NCBI GenBank assembly: GCA_045541355.1
Contig: JAZQIW010000032.1
Location: 2,279-66,278 of the forward strand
DNA length: 64,000 nt
Direction: 5' to 3'
Origin: Eubacteriales bacterium
GTDB lineage: Bacteria > Bacillota > Clostridia > Oscillospirales > CAG-382
Shown here: positions 44,436-53,588 of the stretch, piece by piece
Layout: each line of letters starts with the position of its first letter
How positions within the stretch are numbered: position 1 is the stretch's first letter
Program-made: the position numbers and the translations under genes
Notes under the pieces: model-generated
Told to the model about the DNA's origin: nothing
The model's input: the letters and a program-made list of their open reading frames with translations, nothing else
The model's database searches: none

Positions 44436-45566
44436 TTAGATTTTTTCAGGAAGCTCAATGCCGTATTTGTCGCAGAGAGCGTGCATTTTCTTAATGGGGT
44501 CCATAAGAGCACTTACAGACTTGTTGATATTAACCGCTTCAATGTAGTAAGCAGCATACTTTAAAACATTAACTTCCTTGAACCATTCGCGAGAAAGTGC
44601 GTTGTCGGAATTATAAACTGCATTTGTTGCATAAATTCTGTCAAACATGTTTCTGTTGTAATAGTCATCGACAAGATCAAAACCGTTGCAGAAAAGACCA
44701 AATGAGAAGAAACCGAATATTCTCTTTGCACCCATGCCCTTAAGCTTATCGAGTATATGAAGGAATGAGTCGCCTGAGGAAAGAATATCGTCAACAACAA
44801 TAATATCCTTACCTGTAACATCGTCACCGAGATACTCATGAGCAACAATGGGATTTCTTCCGTCTTTAACAACTGTGTAGTCACGGCGCTTGTAGAACAT
44901 GGCAAGAGGAAGACCCAGAACAGAGGAATAGTACATACCTCTGCCGAGAGCACCCTCGTCAGGAGAAACAATAACTGTGTTCTTGATATCTATGTCAGTC
45001 TCATTTGCCATAAACGCTTTGAACATCTGGTATGTAGGCATAAGGTTATCAAAACCTTCAAGGGGAATGGCGTTTCTTACTCTGTCGTCGTGTGCATCAA
45101 ATGTCATGATGTTCTGTACGCCAAGCTGAACAAGCTCGTGCAACATGAAAGCACAGTCAAGAGATTCTCTTGCAGTTCTTCTGTGCTGACGGCTCTCATA
45201 AAGCATGGGCATGATAACAGAGATTCTGGCTGCCTTACCGCTGACAGCGGAAATTATTCTCTTGATATCGCAAAAATGGTCATCCGGACTCATGGGAACT
45301 TCCATACCGTACATTTTGTAGGTTTCACTGTAATTAAAACAATCAGCAACGATAAAAACATCCTTACCTCTTACAGACTCACCGAGCATACATTTGGCTT
45401 CACCTGTTCCAAATCTCGAATAGCTTGTTTTAATAATGTAGTCAGGGTTTTCCTCTCTTCGCCAATCACCGATATACTTTTCAATTCTTTTGAGCATTTT
45501 TTCGGTGCCTCTCGTACCGATAAGGGCAAGTTGATTAAGGGCAACTTCCTTTGATAAATCCTGCAT
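44436..45566 (-). CDS. Ribose-phosphate pyrophosphokinase-like protein (long form)
   Basis: FGTGEAKCMLGESVRGKDVFIV, IMPMLYESRQHRR, TFDAHD and IIVVDDILSSGDS correspond to the Prs flexible-loop, PRPP and ribose-5-P motifs. It is 376 aa, against ~315 aa for canonical Prs. Confidence 0.75.
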   Translation of the reverse strand: MQDLSKEVALNQLALIGTRGTEKMLKRIEKYIGDWRREENPDYIIKTSYSRFGTGEAKCMLGESVRGKDVFIVADCFNYSETYKMYGMEVPMSPDDHFCDIKRIISAVSGKAARISVIMPMLYESRQHRRTARESLDCAFMLHELVQLGVQNIMTFDAHDDRVRNAIPLEGFDNLMPTYQMFKAFMANETDIDIKNTVIVSPDEGALGRGMYYSSVLGLPLAMFYKRRDYTVVKDGRNPIVAHEYLGDDVTGKDIIVVDDILSSGDSFLHILDKLKGMGAKRIFGFFSFGLFCNGFDLVDDYYNRNMFDRIYATNAVYNSDNALSREWFKEVNVLKYAAYYIEAVNINKSVSALMDPIKKMHALCDKYGIELPEKI

Positions 45567-45672
45567 AATTGTCCTCCTGAGATGCTAATTTCAGTATATT
45601 TAATTGATATTAAAATTATAGCATTTATATTATTTTGTGTCAATATAAAACGCAACCATTTTCAACAAAAAA

Positions 45673-47343
45673 TTACAATGTTTTACTCTCAATTAATTCC
45701 CTTGCATTTTTCATCGCTGCTTCTGTTATATTAATCCCGGCAATAATTCTTGCGGTTTCTTCAACCCTCTCGTCTTTGTCGAGCAATGCTACGGAAGTCA
45801 CTGTTCTGTCATCTTCAGCGTGCTTTGACACAAGATAATGGTCGTGTGCAACGGAACAAATCTGTGCAGAATGGGTTACACATAAAACCTGAGAAACACT
45901 TGCGATTTCTTTAAGCATGAGACCGATTTTTCTTGATGTCTTACCGGAAATTCCCGTGTCAACTTCATCAAAAATCAGCGTATTAACATCATCCTTTTCG
46001 GCAAGCACACTCTTGATTGCCAGCATTATTCGCGAAAGCTCGCCGCCTGATGCTGTCTTTGAAAGGGGAGAGTAGCCTTCTCCGGAGTTTGTCATTATAA
46101 AGAATTCGATGTCGTCAGAGCCATCTTTGGAATATGCTTTTTCACTTATAGAAACCTTGAATTTAACATTCTGCATATCAAGATATTTAAGCTGTTTTTC
46201 GACATTCAGCTTAAGCGAATCGGCGGCAGATGTTCTGCTTTCGGTTAGCTTCATGCCCGCATTTTTCAGTCTTGTACCGCACTCCTTTAGTTTTTCGCGC
46301 AGCTTTTCAGAGTGCCTGTCAAAATTTTCAAGCTCATCAAGTTCTCTTTTTGCCTTATCAAGAAAAAGAATCACCTGTTCAACATCATATCCGTATTTTC
46401 TTTTAGCTTTTGAAATGTCATCAAGCCTGTTTTCAATTCTGTCAAGCATCGCTGAAGGGTTTTCATATTCGCCCCCGGCACTATCAGTTACAGTCTCGGA
46501 AATATCAATAAGCGTGCTCTTGATGTCTGTAAGAGTATCGACAAAAGAAGTATACTCATCCGAAATCTTTGAGAGCGCTCTCAGAGCTTCAACAGCCCTG
46601 TCAATACTGTCACACGCCGAGTATCCCGAGGAGCCGTATAAGCTTTCTGAAACAATTCCTGAATTTTTTGAAAGCTTTTCAAGGTTGAGAAGTCTCTTTT
46701 TATCTTCGATTAATTTTTCTTCTTCTCCGGCTGTAAGCTTTAAGGAAGAAATATCTTTTATCTGGAACCTTAGCATTTCAATGCGTCTCAGCTTTTCGGA
46801 TTCATCGAGGCTTATTGAATCAAGTTCCTTTTTTATGTTGCAATACTCGGTAAAGGTTTCTGTATAATGCGAATAAGCATCACCGTTTTCAGCATATAAA
46901 TCAAGCAGCTTTCTGTGCTTTTCTTTAATCATAAGCTCCTGATTATCGTGCTGTCCGTGGATGTTTATAAGAAGGGGACTTATTTCTTTTAAAACACTCA
47001 AGGATATTGCCTTACCGTTAATTCTGACCGTACCTTTTCCATCAAGACGAACTGTTCTTGAAATATAAAGCATACCTTCCTCGTCTACATTTACACCGAG
47101 AACGCAGCATTTATCCTCAGCTCTTTTACCGATATCGGAAAACACACCTTCAACGCAAGCATATTCTTCGCCGTTTCTTATTAATTCTTTGGAAACTTTA
47201 CCGCCGCACAGCATACCTATTGAATCGACAATAATACTTTTACCTGCACCGGTCTCACCCGTAAAAGCAGAAAAGTTATTGCCTAAATCAATATCCAGTT
47301 TTTTAATTAGTGCTATATTTTCAATATGAATAGATTGCAGCAT
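45673..47343 (-). CDS. recN: DNA repair protein RecN
   Basis: The Walker A region FTGETGAGKSII, a long coiled coil, and the C-terminal ASGGELSRIMLA / LIFDEVDTGISG motifs. Confidence 0.95.
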   Translation of the reverse strand: MLQSIHIENIALIKKLDIDLGNNFSAFTGETGAGKSIIVDSIGMLCGGKVSKELIRNGEEYACVEGVFSDIGKRAEDKCCVLGVNVDEEGMLYISRTVRLDGKGTVRINGKAISLSVLKEISPLLINIHGQHDNQELMIKEKHRKLLDLYAENGDAYSHYTETFTEYCNIKKELDSISLDESEKLRRIEMLRFQIKDISSLKLTAGEEEKLIEDKKRLLNLEKLSKNSGIVSESLYGSSGYSACDSIDRAVEALRALSKISDEYTSFVDTLTDIKSTLIDISETVTDSAGGEYENPSAMLDRIENRLDDISKAKRKYGYDVEQVILFLDKAKRELDELENFDRHSEKLREKLKECGTRLKNAGMKLTESRTSAADSLKLNVEKQLKYLDMQNVKFKVSISEKAYSKDGSDDIEFFIMTNSGEGYSPLSKTASGGELSRIMLAIKSVLAEKDDVNTLIFDEVDTGISGKTSRKIGLMLKEIASVSQVLCVTHSAQICSVAHDHYLVSKHAEDDRTVTSVALLDKDERVEETARIIAGINITEAAMKNARELIESKTL

Positions 47344-47361
47344 ATCTTCACTTCCGATTAC

Positions 47362-47832
47362 TTACGATTTGATGCTCTTTGAAAGCTTTTTTGCAAAATC
47401 CTTACCGTCATCCTCGCTTGCCATGACAATAATAACAGTATCATCGCCTGCAACAGAGCCTATAAGTGTAGGTATATCAAGGGCATCAATGACAGCGCCT
47501 GCGCCCTGAGCCATACCCGCATAGGTTTTGAGAACAACAATGTTAGAGGCACATCTTACGCTGATTACGGTTTCCGAGAGTATGTTTTTAAATCTGTTGC
47601 CGAGCCTTGTATCAATTTCACCTGCAAGGTTGTTTGCTGCATACTTATATTTGGCACCTGTATCCGAGCCTGTATTTACTTTTATAAGATGCAGCTCTTT
47701 GATATCTCTTGAAACGGTAGCCTGTGTTGCGCTGAAGCCGTTCTTCTCAAGAAGCCGGGTAAGCTCCTCCTGCGTCTCAATATCATAGCTGTCTATCAGT
47801 TCAAGTATTTTCTTTTGTCTTTGGTTTTTCAT
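47362..47832 (-). CDS. argR: Arginine repressor ArgR/AhrC
   Basis: The winged-helix N-terminus is QEELTRLLEKNGFSATQATVSRDIKEL. The C-terminal oligomerisation domain contains GSVAGDDTVIIV. Confidence 0.92.
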   Translation of the reverse strand: MKNQRQKKILELIDSYDIETQEELTRLLEKNGFSATQATVSRDIKELHLIKVNTGSDTGAKYKYAANNLAGEIDTRLGNRFKNILSETVISVRCASNIVVLKTYAGMAQGAGAVIDALDIPTLIGSVAGDDTVIIVMASEDDGKDFAKKLSKSIKS

Positions 47833-47843
47833 GCTTTACCTCA

Positions 47844-48773
47844 TTAAACATTGTTGGCAAGACTCATTTTTTCATTGAGTCTTGAATAAAAATCCGTGTC
47901 TTTAAGTCTAATAAGCTTTGTGACACAGGGTGCTTTTGTAATTCTGATAATGTCACCGTCGTAAATTGATTTATTGGCTTTACCGTCAATTGTGCAGAAC
48001 GCCTCATTAAGCTTGTCTGCCTTAAATTCAACCTCAATTACCGAACTTCCCGAGAACACAACCGCACCGCTGTTAAGGCACATATAAGGACATACGGGTA
48101 CAGCGCATATACAGTCAAGCTCAGGGTCGATTATGGGACCGCCTGCGGACATACAGTAGGCAGTAGAGCCTGTCGGTGTTGAAATAACGATACCGTCTGC
48201 TCTGTAAGATATTATTCTTTTGCCGTTACAATTGAGATTTAAACCTGCCATTCTGGATACGGCACCCTTGGAAATTACGATTTCGTTGAGGGCTTGAGCA
48301 GTGTAAATAATTTGATTTGAACGAACTATTTCACATTTCAGCATCATTCTTGTATCAATGGTTACACCTTCGACGTTTTCGATCTGAGAGGCGTTTTCCA
48401 CCTTCAGAAGCTTGTCAAGAAGCTCTATTTCACTCACTTCGAGCTCTGCAAGATAACCAACCCGTCCCATGTTCATGCCGATTATGTAAGCACCGCCCTG
48501 TGATGCACGTTTAGCTATTTTTATGATTGTTCCGTCTCCTCCGAAAACAATGCAGATATCCGCCTTTTTAAACGCCGCATATTCTGGTATATATTCAATG
48601 TTAAAGGGCGCAAGTATGGTGTCTGATAGGGGAGGGTTGTCAAAATAAGGTCTCTTGAAAATGTCGGACATGATAACCTTCACATCATATTTTGCAAGAA
48701 AATCAAGAAGCTTTCGCGTGTTGGCAAGCTCCTTATCCTTATTTGGATTAACATTAATCATTATTTTCAGCAT
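47844..48773 (-). CDS. nadK: NAD+ kinase
   Basis: VFGGDGTII and STPTGSTAYCMSAGGPI motifs. Confidence 0.92.
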   Translation of the reverse strand: MLKIMINVNPNKDKELANTRKLLDFLAKYDVKVIMSDIFKRPYFDNPPLSDTILAPFNIEYIPEYAAFKKADICIVFGGDGTIIKIAKRASQGGAYIIGMNMGRVGYLAELEVSEIELLDKLLKVENASQIENVEGVTIDTRMMLKCEIVRSNQIIYTAQALNEIVISKGAVSRMAGLNLNCNGKRIISYRADGIVISTPTGSTAYCMSAGGPIIDPELDCICAVPVCPYMCLNSGAVVFSGSSVIEVEFKADKLNEAFCTIDGKANKSIYDGDIIRITKAPCVTKLIRLKDTDFYSRLNEKMSLANNV

Positions 48774-48842
48774 ATTACCTCTCCAAATCCGTTTATTGTA
48801 TATATTCTAACATAAGCTGTATAAATATTCAATAGAATTTAA

Positions 48843-49574
48843 TTATTTTACTCTCATATACATTAAAAATTCTTTGTTTCCGTCACCGCCGGTTATCGGT
48901 GAGTCACAGACACCCAAAACTTCAAACCCAAACTCTTCTGCAAAGGCAACAATGTCGGAAACAACCTTTTTTCTGATTTTATCATCCTTTACAATACCTT
49001 TTTTGCCAATTGCGCCTCGGCCCGCTTCAAACTGCGGCTTTATAAGAGTAATAACCTCGGAATTTTTTCTGCAAATTCTCATAATAGCAGGGTAGAGCAG
49101 CTTCTGTGAAATAAAGGATACATCCATAACAACAATGTCAGCGTGTTTTCCGTCAAGCACTTCGGTTGTCATGTTTCTTGCATTAAAACCTTCTATGTTA
49201 ATTACTTTATCGTTGTTCTTCAGCTTGTCTGCGAGCTGACCCGTTCCTGAGTCAATTGCATAAACGCACGCAGCACCGCAATTTAACAGACACTCGGTAA
49301 AGCCGCCGGTAGATGCGCCGATATCGACACAAACTTTTCCGTTTACGGTAACTGAAAACGTTTTTAATGCGTATTCAAGCTTATGACCTCCTCGACCTAC
49401 AAACTCGGTTTGAGTTGACTTTTCAACATAAACCTTATCTGTGTCATGTATGTCATGAGAAGGCTTTGTTATTACCTCGCCGTTAACTTTTACTCTTTTT
49501 TCGGAAATAACCGACTGTGCCTTGCTTCTGCTTGAACAAAAGCCGTTTTCAAATAAAAATATGTCAAGTCTCAT
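48843..49574 (-). CDS. tlyA: TlyA-family rRNA 2'-O-methyltransferase
   Basis: An N-terminal S4 domain (MRLDIFLFENGF...RSKAQSVI) followed by an FtsJ-like MTase (CVDIGASTGGFTECLL). Confidence 0.9.
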   Translation of the reverse strand: MRLDIFLFENGFCSSRSKAQSVISEKRVKVNGEVITKPSHDIHDTDKVYVEKSTQTEFVGRGGHKLEYALKTFSVTVNGKVCVDIGASTGGFTECLLNCGAACVYAIDSGTGQLADKLKNNDKVINIEGFNARNMTTEVLDGKHADIVVMDVSFISQKLLYPAIMRICRKNSEVITLIKPQFEAGRGAIGKKGIVKDDKIRKKVVSDIVAFAEEFGFEVLGVCDSPITGGDGNKEFLMYMRVK

Positions 49575-49670
49575 GAAGCTTTAGCCCTCCAAATGTTTAT
49601 ATAGATATTATAAAATCAAAGTATATGTTTGTCAACGAAAAAACAATTTTAAATTTATTGAGAAAAACTA

Positions 49671-49699
49671 TTGCAAATTATAAATAAATTTAGTACAAT
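49671..49699 (+). promoter_or_regulatory. Sigma-A type promoter of upp
   Basis: TTGCAA, a 17-nt spacer, then TACAAT. The ORF-track start at 49671 is this -35 box. Confidence 0.65.
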
Positions 49700-49730
49700 A
49701 ATGGGGAAGAATAAAGAAAGGATGAATATC

Positions 49731-50363
49731 ATGGAAAATCAGGTAACAATTTTCGACCATCCGCTTATAACCCACAAAATTTCTATTCTAAGGGATGTAA
49801 ACACCGGCAGTAAACAGTTCAGAGAGCTTGTTGAAGAAATAGCAATGCTCATGGCATATGAAGCTCTCAGAGACCTTCCCACAGAATATGTGGAGATTAA
49901 AACTCCCATTACAACTACAAAAGCTAAAATGCTTTCAGGTAAAAAGCTTGCAATTGTTCCCATTCTCAGAGCAGGACTTGGAATGGTTGAGGGTATTCTC
50001 GCACTCATTCCTTCTGCAAAAATCGGACATATTGGCCTTTACAGAGACGAAACTACACTCGAACCTCAGGAATACTACTGCAAGCTTCCCGAGGACATCG
50101 CAAACAGACTTGTTATTGTGCTTGACCCCATGCTTGCAACAGGCGGTTCAGGTGCTGCTGCTGTTGATTTCATTAAGAAGCGCGGTTGTAAGAATATTAA
50201 GTTTATGTCTATAATCGCTGCTCCCGAAGGTATTAAGCGTCTTACCGAGGCACATCCCGATATTAAGCTTTATTGTGGATGCCTTGATGAAAAACTCAAT
50301 GAAAACGGTTATATTGTTCCCGGTCTCGGCGATGCCGGCGACAGAATTTTCGGCACAAAGTAA
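49731..50363 (+). CDS. upp: Uracil phosphoribosyltransferase
   Basis: [16 protein letters not shown]..., ILRAGLGM and [11 protein letters not shown] motifs. The product is 210 aa when started at ATG 49731. Confidence 0.93.
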   Translation: MENQVTIFDHPLITHKISILRDVNTGSKQFRELVEEIAMLMAYEALRDLPTEYVEIKTPITTTKAKMLSGKKLAIVPILRAGLGMVEGILALIPSAKIGHIGLYRDETTLEPQEYYCKLPEDIANRLVIVLDPMLATGGSGAAAVDFIKKRGCKNIKFMSIIAAPEGIKRLTEAHPDIKLYCGCLDEKLNENGYIVPGLGDAGDRIFGTK

Positions 50364-50378
50364 TTCTTATATTAAATT

Positions 50379-50409
50379 ACGGTATAGCGTTCTGCTATAC
50401 CGTTTTTTT
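50379..50409. terminator. Terminator between convergent upp and the MBL-fold gene
   Basis: ACGGTATAGC-GTTCT-GCTATACCGT followed by T7. Confidence 0.85.
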
Positions 50410-51286
50410 ATTTTCTGAACCACAGCAATTTATTGTTCTCAATACAGGTATCAATTTTATCTTGAGCTTTAAGATATGTAAGATATGATTTCAAGGTACT
50501 TCCGACAAGAACATTCTGCTCATGAGTCATTGCAAGATCGTAATGCGAAAACAAAAGTGCCAAAAGTTCCTCGAAGCTCTTAGGATTTTCAAGAAAAGAC
50601 AGAATAACCTGATAGATTTCAATAACCTTTTCTTTGTTTAAACTGCAAAGCTCATTTAAATTATCGCATATATCACAGTGAGAAGGAACGTATAAATCAG
50701 CTTTTATATCACAAACCAAGTCCAGTGTTTCAAGATATGCCTTGACGTCATATATAAAGGAAACGGCGTATTTTTCAATCGTTGCCTTGCTTGAAACGCA
50801 ATCAGAGGCGAAAAATACGTTGTCAGGCGTTTTTATGCCAATCATTTCAAAAGAGTGTCCCGGAAGATCTATGACAGAAAGAAAATCCGGAAAAGCATCA
50901 GACGTGATATCTTCACAAAAACTTTCACTTGCCAAAAGAAACTTGTGTCTTAGGTTGTCGTAGGGATTTGCTCCATATAAAAAGGAAGGCTCAAGAATAG
51001 GGGAGAGTGTGAAGGCTTTTTCTATACCCTTGGCAAATATCTTACAACCTGTCTTTTCTTGAAGAAAACGATTGCCGCCAATATGGTCGGCGTGAGAATG
51101 GGTGTTGATAATAGCTTTCAGTGACCAACCGTTATTGTCAAGAATTTTCAGAACTTTTTTTCCTGCATCCTTGTCGTTTCCCGAATCTATAAGAAAAGCC
51201 TCATTTTCGTTGTGAATATATACACCGATTTTTGCAGGACAGTTGATATAATAAGTGTTGTTTCCGATCTTGTTTAATTCATACAT
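50408..51286 (-). CDS. MBL-fold metallo-hydrolase
   Basis: The NTHSHADHIGGN motif. The start was moved to MYELNKIG (51286). The track's upstream extension overlaps the preceding gene. Confidence 0.8.
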   Translation of the reverse strand: MYELNKIGNNTYYINCPAKIGVYIHNENEAFLIDSGNDKDAGKKVLKILDNNGWSLKAIINTHSHADHIGGNRFLQEKTGCKIFAKGIEKAFTLSPILEPSFLYGANPYDNLRHKFLLASESFCEDITSDAFPDFLSVIDLPGHSFEMIGIKTPDNVFFASDCVSSKATIEKYAVSFIYDVKAYLETLDLVCDIKADLYVPSHCDICDNLNELCSLNKEKVIEIYQVILSFLENPKSFEELLALLFSHYDLAMTHEQNVLVGSTLKSYLTYLKAQDKIDTCIENNKLLWFRK

Positions 51287-51344
51287 GATAATAAACTCCA
51301 AATAAATAATATGCAGGTTGCGATAAAGCACAACCCGCTGAAAA

Positions 51345-51950
51345 CTAAAGATTCTCGTGTGCAGTAACAAAGCTTGCAAGAATGTCAACAGCAGCATCAA
51401 TTCCTACTGCATCAGAATTAAGCGAAAGATGATAATTTTCTGCATCACCCCATCTTTGTGAGGAGTAATAATTGTAATATGCTGCACGCTTTTTATCCTT
51501 GTTTTTAAGAACACTCACTGCTTTGTCGGCTTCGATGCCGTAATATTTTACAGCACGCTCAATTTTGTGCGCCTCGTCGGAGTAAACAAAGAAGTTTATA
51601 ACATTGTCGTATTCCTTTAAAACATAGTCAGAGCATCTGCCGACAATAACGCAGGGACCTTCTTCGGCAACCTTTTTTATAACCTCTGACTGCGCGAGAA
51701 ACACCTTGTCGGATAAAGGAAGTCCGTAAATTCCGTCAACCGAACCAAACATTGAGAGTGAGTACAAAAAGCTGTGCGTAGATAACTGCTCAGCCTTCTC
51801 AAAAATTGCCTCAGAATAGCCGCTGTTCTTGGCAGCAAGAGTAATAAGCTCGTTGTCATAGTAGGGAATACCGAGTTTTTCGGCAAGCTTTTTTGCAATA
51901 AAACGTCCGCCGCTGCCGTACTGTCTGCTTATAGTAATTATGGATTTCAT
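51345..51950 (-). CDS. Cytidylate kinase-like family protein (AAA/P-loop)
   Basis: ITISRQYGSGGRFIAKKLAEKLGIPYYDNELI is typical of this family. Confidence 0.8.
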   Translation of the reverse strand: MKSIITISRQYGSGGRFIAKKLAEKLGIPYYDNELITLAAKNSGYSEAIFEKAEQLSTHSFLYSLSMFGSVDGIYGLPLSDKVFLAQSEVIKKVAEEGPCVIVGRCSDYVLKEYDNVINFFVYSDEAHKIERAVKYYGIEADKAVSVLKNKDKKRAAYYNYYSSQRWGDAENYHLSLNSDAVGIDAAVDILASFVTAHENL

Positions 51951-52005
51951 TATAAGACCTCCTGATGCCGTATTCTATGTAATTATACTAACATAAATTG
52001 TAAAA

Positions 52006-52040
52006 ATTGTCAACACGCGGCGAGATAGCATGTTGACAAC
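52006..52040 (-). terminator. Terminator-like hairpin after the thioesterase gene
   Basis: On the minus strand, TTGTCAACA-14 nt-TGTTGACAA is followed by TTTTTA. Confidence 0.5.
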
Positions 52041-52046
52041 TATGGG

Positions 52047-52784
52047 CTATTTTTCAAATTTTAAATATGCATTAAAACAGACTTTTCCGTTTTCTTCATT
52101 GTGAGCAGAAAAATCATACTCGCAGCTTTCAGCGTTATACAACGATGAAATTACAAGCTTATCATGAATCCGAGCTTCGTTTTTATAATTTATCTGTAAA
52201 TACATACCAACATCCGATTCATGTAATTTGGGATCTATCGTATCAAACAAAAAATCTGAATAGAAGGTATTATTAAGGTGATTGTTCATATCTAAGAACG
52301 AGTATTTCACTTCCCGAACATCTGTTCTCAATAGGGAATTAACGTCTACAATACGTCTGACGTCCTCAAGCTCGAACAAATCATCATCGCTGGGCGGGAG
52401 ATGGCCAATAGAGTCAATAGCCGAAGGGCGAAGAATAGAACGTTTTTCAAGGTCAATAAGAACCCACATAGACGATGCTACTGCGGCGGTTTTTTCACCG
52501 ATTTTGATAATAAAATCTCTTGGAAAAGAAACACCGCGAACTTTTCTCGGATGAGATATAACCGCAAGTTCGTCATAGATTTTAATATCGGATAAAATTT
52601 TCAATGACATTTTTGTAAGTACGAATGCGATGTTATGACCGGCAAGAGTAAAGTAATCAAGAGATGTACGGTTAACATCATCACCGGCAGCTTTTTGCAA
52701 AATCTTCAGCAACGAAGATATTTTTATGTTGCCGTTAGGCTGCACATCATAGCTTTCAACTTTGGCTGTAAATTCAATGCTCAT
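52047..52784 (-). CDS. Acyl-ACP thioesterase family protein
   Basis: 245 aa with a double hot-dog layout. The N-terminal pattern YDVQPNGNIKISSLLKILQKAAGDDV...HNIAFVLTKMSLKI fits the family. Assignment is by recollection of the family only. Confidence 0.55.
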   Translation of the reverse strand: MSIEFTAKVESYDVQPNGNIKISSLLKILQKAAGDDVNRTSLDYFTLAGHNIAFVLTKMSLKILSDIKIYDELAVISHPRKVRGVSFPRDFIIKIGEKTAAVASSMWVLIDLEKRSILRPSAIDSIGHLPPSDDDLFELEDVRRIVDVNSLLRTDVREVKYSFLDMNNHLNNTFYSDFLFDTIDPKLHESDVGMYLQINYKNEARIHDKLVISSLYNAESCEYDFSAHNEENGKVCFNAYLKFEK

Positions 52785-52895
52785 TTTTTCACTTCCATAT
52801 AATATTTGTCTAATGCTATATTCTTATTAATACCCCGAATTATATAAAATTTTTATTTTATATAATTGGCACGATAATTTAATGCATAGCAAAAA

Positions 52896-53588
52896 CTATA
52901 CACTCCCCACGATGCTTCCGACATCATAGAGCTTATCGTTGTTGAGGCAGCATATATCTGTATTATGCTTTATTATAAATTCATGTATTTTCTTGTAGTC
53001 AGGATGAAGAGAAAGATTTCCGTTAACCAAAAGCTTTCCGTCAACATATCCTGTACAGCCTCCAATAAAACCGTATTGGTATCCATCAAGGCGTACGTGC
53101 CCTTTATCTATCAACAGAGAATCAATTCCATAAGAAGTGCATGATTTATATATTCCTGCATCTTCTGTTATGACAGCATTATCGCTGATAATACAGGTTG
53201 AGCACTTTGCATAGCCTTGGGATACATCAATAATGCTGAAATTCATCGCGTTTGCGTATTCGATTATTTTTTTGTGCGTATATTTCTTGTTACATATAAT
53301 TTTGTTTCCGATAACCGCACAGTTAAATGAAATATCTTTTGGATAGCTTAATATTGTTCCTTCTTCCCTATTGCAGACAACTACATCGCAGCTATCGAAC
53401 AAATGTGCGGCATCGCTTGCTGCAAACCATTTGTCGCCTATTTTTACGCAAGACATATCGGGATGAGCCGATACCGGTGCAGGAAGAACATCTATTTCAG
53501 GCATATATATCAGGCTGTAACCCATTTTTTCAAGTGCTTCAGCACTTATTTTTGATATTCTTGAATCAACAATTAAGCGGTTACTCAT
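52896..53588 (-). CDS. Conserved hypothetical protein, translationally coupled to radA
   Basis: 230 aa and soluble. The ATG overlaps the radA stop by 8 nt (ATGAGTAA). I can name no motif with confidence. Confidence 0.6.
   Translation of the reverse strand: MSNRLIVDSRISKISAEALEKMGYSLIYMPEIDVLPAPVSAHPDMSCVKIGDKWFAASDAAHLFDSCDVVVCNREEGTILSYPKDISFNCAVIGNKIICNKKYTHKKIIEYANAMNFSIIDVSQGYAKCSTCIISDNAVITEDAGIYKSCTSYGIDSLLIDKGHVRLDGYQYGFIGGCTGYVDGKLLVNGNLSLHPDYKKIHEFIIKHNTDICCLNNDKLYDVGSIVGSV

Noticed and set aside
43825-45554. Plus-strand ORFs 43825-44349 and 44838-45554
   Set aside because: They are antisense to the glycosidase-like and prs-like genes, which carry clear family motifs. They look like typical shadow ORFs in AT-rich DNA.
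46109-46867. 252-aa ORF on the plus strand inside recN
   Set aside because: It is antisense to a confidently identified recN. The translation is low-complexity S/F/L-rich, which is the mirror image of the E/K/L-rich RecN coiled coil. No RBS is present.
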